Source: Takakia lepidozioides
Taxonomy: Eukaryota; Plantae; Bryophyta
DNA: 64,000 nt
Assembly (NCBI GenBank): GCA_030704615.1
Contig: CM060732.1
Coordinates: 62,124,001-62,188,000 of the forward strand
Reading direction: 5' to 3'
The notes beneath the pieces were generated by a model. The model was not told the origin of the DNA. It saw nothing but the letters and a program-made list of their open reading frames with translations, and searched no databases. Position 1 is the stretch's first letter; each line of letters starts with the position of its first letter. A program made the position numbers and the translations under genes. Shown piece after piece: positions 38,501-47,659 of this stretch.

Positions 38501-39879
38501 TATCGAGAACATGGTCACTGAATTGCTTTATGACTCCTATTTCCTTGTCTTCTCACTCTTCGGAAAGCAGTGGTTATCTTTCACTGTGGGGTCGGCGTTC
38601 CAAATCTCAAGCCATTTCAATTTTACCTCTAGCTCCACAACGGCAGTGGACAGGCCATGAAGCTTCTCTTGCATCATTTCAGGCTTGGTGTTCACGTTCC
38701 AGTGGATCCTGACCTGATTCAAGAACTCCGGGCCAAAAGCAGGGTCGGCTATTCTGAGTTGTTTCACGAACGCGCTCATGTAGTGCCTCTTCGCCACCTC
38801 CATCTCCTTGTTCATAGATTCTTCCACTCCTTTTGAGGATCGTTCCCCTGGGTCTTTTTTGGCATAGTACTCTCCCTTTTTCTCCGCAATCTCTTGCTGA
38901 GTCAACTGGTTTTATGAATGAACAAGTAGACAGAGCTAGTGAAGGAATACTTACAACGCACATGTAGTCACAGAAAGCCTCTCTGGTGAGCTTGTACCAT
39001 GTGTCGGCGGATTTGGAGGTCTCACACTTCTTGTAAGCCTCAGCACTGATAAGGTTTTTGGAGGTGACCAGTGGCATTTGGCCCACCTTCTGTATCATGA
39101 ATAGAGTGTGCACCAAATTTGTCGTCACGTGTGCACTTTCGGTTCCCCTACAGTCCCAACAAACACTATGACTTCCTCCTTCACCAGGAAATACAAAACT
39201 GACAGAACAAATCGGAGAATTATGTTGGCATGAAGGGTGATGAGCATTATACTTACTTGTTGATGTCATGCATAGCCGTAAGAAGTGTTGTGACGTTTCC
39301 TTTCGGATCCAGCACCATGGACGCCACAAGGTAGTGCCAGTCCTCGTCTGTGCTGTGATATTTGTTTATGACGTTCATCCAGGCCATGAAGCGGTGATTG
39401 CCATCCCAAATATGAAACATTTTCCCGGAGAACACCTGTGTGGACATTCTCCTCGAAATCTGGGCTTCGAACTCCTCGTTTACTTCTCGCCATATTGGAT
39501 CCCAGCTTTTGACAATTGACTCGTCCACCAAGACCTCCTGTCCACTGGCATCGCACAAGGAGACGTAAAACACTGGAGACCCCTCTATGTATCCATGACT
39601 AAAATCTTGCTCCAACTTGGACACATCCCCGGTCAGGGCAGGTCGAACCATTGGCATTGATATTAGGTGGCAGAGAGGGATCATGATCTTGCCTCCAGGT
39701 ACCAGCATAGACTTGATCACCCGCGTGGAATTGACCTTCTGGTACACAAGGACCTTTTCCGCTCTTTCTTCGTAGAAAGGATCGTCTTCTTCAACAGACT
39801 TCTCAGTCACTTCTTCCTCCTGTTGCTGCTGCTTCTCAGGCTGCAATCCTTTTCTTTTCCTCCCCTGCACCTCCCACAA
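35553..39879 (-). pseudogene. spliced ParB/Srx-like plus beta-class N4C/N6A DNA methyltransferase-like fusion gene; exons ~39879-39257, 39147-38955, 38905-38627, 38357-38134, 37808-37201, 37085-36744, 36517-36232, 36136-35947, 35847-35553
   Basis: ParB-like WDGNHR at 39391-39408. MTase motif IV-like MVIVDIPDG at about 37002-37028, then REKNPAFIQTIIESCS..GAHIIDLTLGT/xASYHACKAGGRHLFGMEGD (motifs X, I, II). Splice phases are consistent. Lesions: TGA at 38256, frameshift near 37400, TAA at 37204, cat instead of cag at the 36518 acceptor. Confidence 0.75.
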
Positions 39880-39936
39880 TTACAACCTTTCCGTCATTCC
39901 ACAGTTACATTTTCCTGATCTGGCACCTACAAGAAG

Positions 39937-41013
39937 TAAGTGCGGTGGCGCACTCACTTTCGAGACTGACAAAGGATCAGAACAGACAAACATCAGTTCT
40001 CCAAAACTACACACATAACCCTCTTTTCCTGTCAACCGGAATTGAGTGCAGTGGCGCACTCATTTTTGGACACCTTCCATGACATCTAAGAAATCATGCT
40101 CATCGCAAGCACTCAGTCAATGGCTCCCTTGTCACTTCCTCTTCCACATTGTGTACTTCATTCTACAGGCAGAAACTGAGGCAGAATCTTCATTCTAGAC
40201 ATCATCAAATCAACCATCTACACGTGCTCAAAAAACTGAGTGCGCTGGCACACTCATTTCTGGGAGCCCTCCACTCTGTCCTGCTTTCTCTTGTGAGCAC
40301 ACCTGGGTCGTTACCTCTGTCCACAAAAATGGTCGACCTCACCTCAGAACTGAGTGTGCCACCGCACTCAGTTTCAAGGTTATCGTTTCTGTCTATCTGA
40401 AAACTCAAAAGAGATCTCACTTTGAATGAAACACACTTTCTAACTTTTGTTTCACGTCTGTCATTTGCAAATTGACCATTCTATGGTGATCCGAAACTGA
40501 GTGCGGTGGCGCACTCACTTTGGGAGCCATCCATTATGTCTGCCTACTTCTGTTTTGAGTTCATTGGGCTCTTCACGTCAGTCCAAAAACATTGTCGATC
40601 GCACCTCGGAATGTGTGTGCCAACGCACTCAGTTTCTAGGTTAGACATAATGTCATTCTCAGAACTCATAAGAGATCTCACTATGGAATAATCGCACTTT
40701 TTATCTACTATTCACCTCAGTCAATAGCAACTCAATGATTCCATGGAGTTCATAAATTGAGTGCGGTGGCACACTCAGTTCAGGGTGACCACTCCAGTGT
40801 CTCACAGACCTAAACTGTGAACATCACCTTCCTCTTTCCCTAATGCCCAAGCGATCGGCAAGCATCTAGTTGAAATGAGTGCGCCACCGCACTCAATTTC
40901 TCCGTGTCCCTCTCAGGCTTCCATTTCAGATCCTGCTGTCTCTAAGACTTAGTTATTCACCTCGGCCTACAATGGAAGAGCTCCCCTCAAAACTGAGTGC
41001 GGTGCCGCACCCA
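39937..41013. repeat. array of nine 20-bp palindromes TGAGTGCG-N4-CGCACTCA
   Basis: Starts at 39937, 40043, 40237, 40351, 40498, 40612, 40758, 40876 and 40994. Three more copies at 36633, 37881 and 38019. Confidence 0.9.
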
Positions 41014-41060
41014 GTTTTCAGGAGATCTCTCGTATCCTATCTATGCACTTGGTACGACAG

Positions 41061-41912
41061 TCAAGCGAGATTCATGCAGTTTGGGAGAAGGATTACCCTG
41101 GGTTTCATGACACCACTTCCCGATGCCTCTTCTTGCTGCGTCCTCACAGCTTCCTTTGGTGTCGCTTCTTTCTCACCGACGGTGGTGGTGTCGATGTCCA
41201 TGTCATGCACAATGGTCTCCGGGGCAGTCTCCTCGCCTTCCATTCTTCCCTCCATTTCGGGCTGGATCGACTCTGTGATCTGTTGTGATCCGTGGGTTGA
41301 CGTATCCTGTGCAACCTGCTCATCAGCGTTTTGCAGATTGCGCAACTTTCTCATTCTGACTCGCGCGTTTTTCCTCTCTCTCACACTCGTGAAGTAAAGG
41401 GACTGCCTTCTACGTCTTCTTACTATGTCTTCTCTCTCACTCCCGCAGCTCTTCAGCTTGACTAACAAACAATCGAGAAAGTAAGGAACCCTGTAAAGCC
41501 ATCAGTTATGCATGTGGTTAAGGACGTGCGTGTCTACCCTATAACCCCCCAAATGGATCGATCTCACTGGCTGCGGCTTATTGGGCGCCCCTAATGCCAT
41601 CAATAAGCCGAGTTTTTCAAATGTGGATGTTTTCTGATTTGGATGAAATATTGCGCACATGAGGCATGCCATCGCCCTATCATACACGGATTTTGCCTTC
41701 TTCAAAACGAAAACATACATAACGTCAGAAACGCAATGTCCACGTTCATCCGGCGTTGGATATTTCCCGGGTTCGGCACTCAATGCACTGTCCGGGTTCA
41801 CGTTGTGGAACGCCGCAAAACGCAAATTGGATTGCAATATCCAAGACGGCGCCGTCTTTTCCCGGTGGTGTGACACTGACAAAATAAACAGTTTTGTTCC
41901 CTTCTCCATCAA
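41061..41912 (-). pseudogene. unknown ORF with one internal stop (41502-41504); probable first coding exon of the ParB-MTase gene or a third element gene
   Basis: ORFs 41502-41912 and 41061-41468 are in the same frame. Globular-looking N-terminal half, basic NLS-like RRRRR..RKNARVRMRK, acidic tail, possible donor near 41095. Confidence 0.5.
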
Positions 41913-42106
41913 TTTGGCAACAGCCCAACTGTTTTGGCTATGTGGTTCAATACCCTCACAAGTTATTGGTTAATGTGTGGGGCCAGTTGTACAACTGCCT
42001 CTTGCCTTAGCAAACACTTTTGGGATTTGGCAATCGCCTCCGGAAGGTTTTTACCTGGCCATGTCGCACAGTTGTATTGGTACGCACCATCGTATGTTCA
42101 CACCAC

Positions 42107-44255
42107 ATGGCTTCTCCTAATGACGTGGCCTTCGCCGAGTTTCAGTATACTGAAGAGCCTTGCCCTTTCAGTGCCTCGGTTGAAGATGATGGTTTTGTTG
42201 TGGTGGAGGAGCATGTTCTGGCAGCAAGGTTCAAGCTTGACATTGGTTGTGTTACTGTTGAGAAAGAGATCTATGACTTGGAGGGAAACGTTCAAAGAAC
42301 GTTGTTCCAGAAACCGCACGTTGTAGAGAAACACAAGGAATGGAGAGTTCTTCCTGGAAAATATCGTGTGTTCCGAAGCGAAAGGAGACAATCCGGTGGC
42401 TCCATTGTCACTCCTGGGACAGGTGCCTCTATCGTTCAAGGAAAGCGGCATGTGACTGTGAAGCAGGAGGACACCACTTCAACAACTTTTGTGACACTGT
42501 CGGATTCCTCGGATGATGAATTGGTAGACATACTGGCTCCCATGAACAGTCTTCCTGAAGGGGACGTCGATGTTCAGGAAATCGTTAGCGTCATCCCACA
42601 TCTGAAAGCATTGTCAGGAAAACCAGGATCCAAAAACGAGATCGCAGGGATACTGTGGGATTCATTTGCAACAAAAAAGGTTCCTTTCCTTCCACCTTCT
42701 TTCGACGGTGACATCCTCTTTGAGCTGAATCCAGCAACTTGTGCTGGGGGCCTCTCAAGTCTCTTGCAAGGAACGGATAAAAAGCATGATGGCCATCCAT
42801 GGTGCAGAACCAAAACGTCCAATATCCACAACGATGTAAACTTGACATTCAGAAGGAGCGTTTGTGTGGGGCATCTGAGATGTGTGAATGCAAGTTGCCA
42901 GCGTTTCATGAAGAGCGGTGCTAAAAATGAGAGTGAGTGGGAAGGACTCTCCGACAATCTTTTTATCCCAGGCTGTGCCCCACCGTCTGCCAGTACATTT
43001 GTTTGTAAGTTCTGCAAGGTGGCCCCCTCCTGCATTACACATTGCCCTGCTCGCATGTACTACGTTACTCACCGTTGCAAAACCATGACTCGAGCCTACA
43101 TTCATTTTGGGACTCACGACCATCCCGTGTCTCACGGCGATTGCAGAGATAGTGTGGAGTTGGCGCGTGGGCTTGTCGTGGAGGAGTTTGCAAAGTCCCC
43201 TTCAGCCAAACCATCTGCCATAGCGCCGGCTGCCAGCAAAAGTTTCCTAGAGAGGCACATTCTTGGGCAGGGAAGCAAATGCAGCTCAAGACTTGAGGGG
43301 GCTTCTTTGGATGCAGTGATGGATCACTTTTCCGTGTTGAGCTCCCCCAATATTAGGAATCAGGTGAATGCATTGAGAGTGCGCGGTGGAAACACAGGAT
43401 CCATCAACAACATTATGGAGCTCAAGCTCATAAGTCAATATGACTTTATCCAATCTAGCGTCTTCCCGGGTCAGGGGTCTTCAAAGGTTTACTTGTTCAA
43501 GATGTCTACGGTGGGCGAGGGTAGTGGCGTCAGCCTGGCCAGACGTATGCAACAAGGGGGGGATCTGGAGAAAGCATGGCTGATGTTTGATCATTGCAAA
43601 CGAGTGAAGGGCTGGATAACCATGTCTTGCCATGTTTACGACCCGAACTACCAAAGAATAATGACAATTGCCATCTGTGACATGCAGTCTGAAGATAAAG
43701 AGTCCTAGATGATAATGTGGAATTGTTTGCTTTCAGTCATGGAGTCCAATGGACATACAGGCATAAATTTCAACAGGTTTATGGCGGATAGTGCACAGGC
43801 TAACTTCAACGCTGTGCGTCGAGTTTTTGGATCTGGTGATCCAAAGGTACCCATGCCTAATAGGGAGCGCACATGTCTATTCCACTGGACTCAGTCCCTA
43901 CAGAAACATACGAAGAGGTGCATCAGAAGAGATCTGTAGGCAGAGCATATGAGGCTCTGCTTCATGTACAAGCTTGCGACTACAATGGAAGAGGCTGAGA
44001 CCATGTACTAGACAGTGAGAGCATAGTGGTTCTCGTCAGGGGCTACTGATCAGGACGGTGTCAAAGAATTGGAAGACTGGTTGGTCTTCTGGCACTTCAG
44101 ATACAGGCAATGGGGGGCTTTCATGACTACTGTAAGCTACCTTTCACCTCTGCAATCCCTTGTATGTGCCCAGTTTCTTTCCTTGTTCCCAGAACAGTCT
44201 GCGCTTGCATGAATGACGCTCTTTCATTTTCCTTTCACAGGACATGTCCCTTGAG
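42107..44255 (+). pseudogene. Mutator/MULE-like DDE transposase with GCM-like Zn DNA-binding domain; 4 in-frame TAG stops, 3' truncated
   Basis: One frame from 42107 to 44131: W..TSNIHN..RRSVCVGHLRC..C..CKFC..C..HFGTHDHP (42788-43126); LMFDH (D1, 43589), FMADSAQA (D2, 43787), CLFH (CxxH, 43874). Intron 44132-44240, and the next exon is cut by a repeat. Confidence 0.8.
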
Positions 44256-44323
44256 TGCATCTCCCATGTATAGGCCCAAGTGTCGAGTGTCATCTAAGTC
44301 CAAGTGCAATCCCATATCTAATC

Positions 44324-44354
<31 letters not shown>

Positions 44355-44515
44355 CCCCAGAGAGCCTATGACCAGATTTGAACTGGAGCCCTTTCCCTTG
44401 ATATCTCTCTTGTCGAGGCTCCAACCATTGTCCCAAGAATGCCCACTTTGCCATTTGTGCTATTTTTTGTGAATTTCCAATGACCAAAAGTACTTGGAAT
44501 TCCGTATCTCCTGGA
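44255..44515. repeat. partial copy of the CCAAGTG repeat family
   Basis: gtcatctaagtccaagtgca..agagcctatgaccagatttgaac..tttcccttgatatctct..gaatgcccactttgccattt matches 49720-49940. Confidence 0.85.
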
Positions 44516-45059
44516 TTAGACTTTAAGTATAAATAGGGAGAGCTCGGAGGGTGGACACACAACTTGTTGTGGTCCTATGGTTGGGTGGAGAGTTCTCAGT
44601 AATAAGTTCATCTTTTATCTCTATTCTCTGTCGAATTCCAACAAAAACAAGGGCCCATCATGGCGCACAAGATATTTTGCTCTTTTGGTACCTTTGACTT
44701 TAACCATTTTAACCATGTTAAGAAATAAATATATCATTGGAAAGCTCTTGATGAGCCCCAACATTTTGTGGTTGGAACAATTTTCAGTAGAGTTCATCTA
44801 CCTAGGATAAATTGAGTGTAAAGTAGAGGATTAAATGGTGTATTGTAGTTCATTCCTCTTTGGGTAAGCTTGCTGGTCTATCATGGCGCATCCCAACCTG
44901 ACACGCTCCAAAAATGGGCATACTTTCTTGCATCATGGGTGTGCTTTTGACCGCCACTGTGGGGTACACGTGCCATGAACGGTGCTTCTACCCTAATGCA
45001 ATTGGAACACATGGAAGTATAGTGTCTCTGGTTTTTATCTAATGAAAATACTACTCGTG

Positions 45060-45620
45060 TTTATCTGCAGCCCTTCTACAGCTTGCTATAAACTCCTCCT
45101 ATCACACCCTGCTTCCAGGTGATTCAATCTCATCAACGCTAACACATTTCAAGGTAGGCCACTAGACCACAACAATCCCTTCCTGGCTCTTACCTTGCAC
45201 ATGCCGCACCCATCCATGTCACTGCTAAGCGCGTCTCTACCCTGATATTTTATTTGTCCATGGACTTACTGTCTCTTCAGTAACTCACTATCCATATAAC
45301 TGAATTTCACATTTTGCCATGACCGCTACCTAGACCAAGCTTTCCTAAGCTAATAAGAAAAATATGAACCATTAGTTATAGCCCTTCGACAACACGGTTG
45401 GCACACTACCCCATTGACTATTATTACTGCAGGGGTAAGAGGCGGTGCCCATAGCCACAATATTAATATCCTAAAAGAAAACACCCCATGCCGCCACCAC
45501 CAAACTTCTCCACACCCTACACTTTACGACTATAAGATCAATCATCACATACCATTCTCATCCTCAACAAACGCAAAACTGAAGGTGGCCAACTGGTCAT
45601 CCCATAGGTCAGTCAGTTTT
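45060..45620 (+). mobile_element. 3' fragment of a non-LTR retrotransposon with a restriction-like endonuclease (RLE)
   Basis: Frameshifted reading PSWLLPCTCRTHPCHC*ARLYPDILFV..IHITEF..CHDR..KYEPLVIALRQHGWHTTPLTIITAGVRG gives a PD..E..KY pattern. Confidence 0.6.
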
Positions 45621-46394
45621 TCTTTACAGATCAGTCCACCCCCGAAAGGGGGTGGTACCCACTTTGGGAAGAGGCTCTTATTTATGCTAATTTCGGTTTG
45701 CGTCTAATATTATATATCCCATGAAGTTCAAATTGAAGCAAGAAAGTCCTTGCTCAATTGCTTGCAGACATTTGTAGGACTTCAAAGTTTGAGCCTCAAC
45801 CCTTTTCCAATTTCAAAGTACTTTGGGGCGGGCGGGCGGGCGGGCATCCTATGCAACTGAAAGCAGAAAAAAAAACTTCAGTACAATCCACAGTTATAGG
45901 TGGACATAGGTGGACATATGGAACCTTCTACGTTGATATGGTTAATTTTCAACTGCATAGGATGCCCGCGCACCCCCAATTATAGGGACAATATGTTTAC
46001 AAATGGAAATACAAGTCATATGTGGACATATGGAACCTTCTATGTTGATATGGTCAATTACATAGTCTATGAATATATTGTAGTTAAAACCCTCATATTG
46101 CTTGGCAGGCTCTGAGACATACAATATAATAATAATAATAATAATAATAATATAGATAATACTTTTAACTTTTATACTAATATAAACAACAATATCTCAT
46201 AGCCTGAGGTAAAAGGTGAGGATTAAATACATCGAGTTTAGGAGAGTTTCGTTGTGTAACAGCCCCAATCCAAAAAGAAAACCAATAAATTCAAAACATC
46301 CCAATCTGGGGTGGATGTGGCTTTGGTTTCCTTGGGGAAAAAGAAAAGAGAAAAAAATGTGGCACCTCCGGAAGAAAGTGTAAACTATGGTGGA

Positions 46395-46955
46395 TCTGGA
46401 AGGGCTACTAGTACCTTCCGGAGGGAAGGTGAACACCTTCGTGGCAAAACTGGGGATTACACCCACAACCACTTCTGAGATGGTTTGTGCCTATTAACAT
46501 TGGGCTACAACTTGACTGTCAGTAATGGTGATATTGAAAAAACATATATAATGATGCATCCTTACGGGTATATATATATACAGAGATGTCTCCTCCTGGA
46601 GCGTCGATTATGGTGTCTCTTCACCACAAGGGCTACTACCGTCCAGCTGAAAGGTGGACACTGGACACCTTCATGACACACCAAACCGTGGTTTGAACCA
46701 ACAACCACGTCCAACGTGGTATGTGGCCATTACCACTGGCCTACATGCTGATTTTCTCTCTATGGGGATAGTAAGGTTTGAACAAGGCTGATAGGAAATG
46801 GACGTATTGCAGAAGCAAAGCGTAAATTATGGTGTTTCTTGACCTCAAAGAGTCTGGTGAAAGGTGAACACCTTTAAGATATCAAATATGTGGTTTGAAC
46901 TTTGACCCCCCACCACTAGTAGTCACATGCCCTCACCACTAGGCTAAATGTTGGT
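46395..46955 (-). mobile_element. three adjacent SINE family 1 copies (~46395-46515, 46590-46750, 46815-46955)
   Basis: Homology to 4465-4615. The middle copy is best preserved, with A/B boxes on the minus strand. Confidence 0.7.
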
Positions 46956-47659
46956 TGATATGAAGATGAATAGATGAAAGCCACACTATGGTCATATGGT
47001 ACTTCAACATGGAATATAAGCCAATGAAAATAGAGGGTGCTGTCGAATGTAGGGGTCAGACGGTTCATATAGGATTAAAAATAGTTTCGTCAACGGACCT
47101 CTTTTCCCAAGTACCTAGTCATTCCTCTTAGTGATAATTACTTAAGTCGAAGCCTTATTTTTGTCAACACTACATCAGCGTGTTATCTACAACTCTAAGA
47201 GGGCCCAACCCTAGATGATTATTTTAGTGCAGCTACCGCTTATGGCGAACTTAGTCTTGTTTCTGCACAACACTAGGTCATTTATTCATTTATACTTGTA
47301 TGTTCACTGCAACCCTAAGGGCCAAATTGGGCCATGTGTAGGATAACTTGGCCGAGCATTGCAGAAAAATTAGTGGAATGTCACTTGTATGTGATGTAGG
47401 GTTCTAAACAGGTGGGCGAGTAGGTTTGCCAGGTGGGCCATAGCAGTGGGGGACCGGTCACAGCAGGCAAATTCAATTGTCAACTATCCACAATGAACTG
47501 AGTCAAAATCTGCTCCAAGCTTCCAAGTATCCTACTCGCAAATATGGGTAAGCCAGAAATAAACATGAAAGGGCATGCCCAGTGTTGTCTTGTGGTGCAT
47601 TCTTGGCTGACGGCCGGGGCATGGAAGTTGGGCTTAAGAGGGTCGGATGGTCGGATGGT

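Larger units (their letters stand above)
34940..44255. mobile_element. decayed Mutator-like DNA transposon carrying a ParB-methyltransferase cargo gene; boundaries uncertain, right end lost
   Basis: Divergent transposase and spliced ParB/MTase gene with a similar level of decay, plus a private palindrome family confined to this interval. No paired TIR or TSD found. Confidence 0.6.

Noticed and set aside
35553-39879. Bacterial or phage contamination as the source of the ParB-MTase
   Set aside because: The gene has eight phase-consistent spliceosomal-type introns and is embedded among plant genes and repeats.
39937-41013. CRISPR array interpretation of the palindrome array
   Set aside because: Spacers are ~90-170 bp and partly homologous to each other, repeat orientation alternates, there are no cas genes, and the context is eukaryotic.
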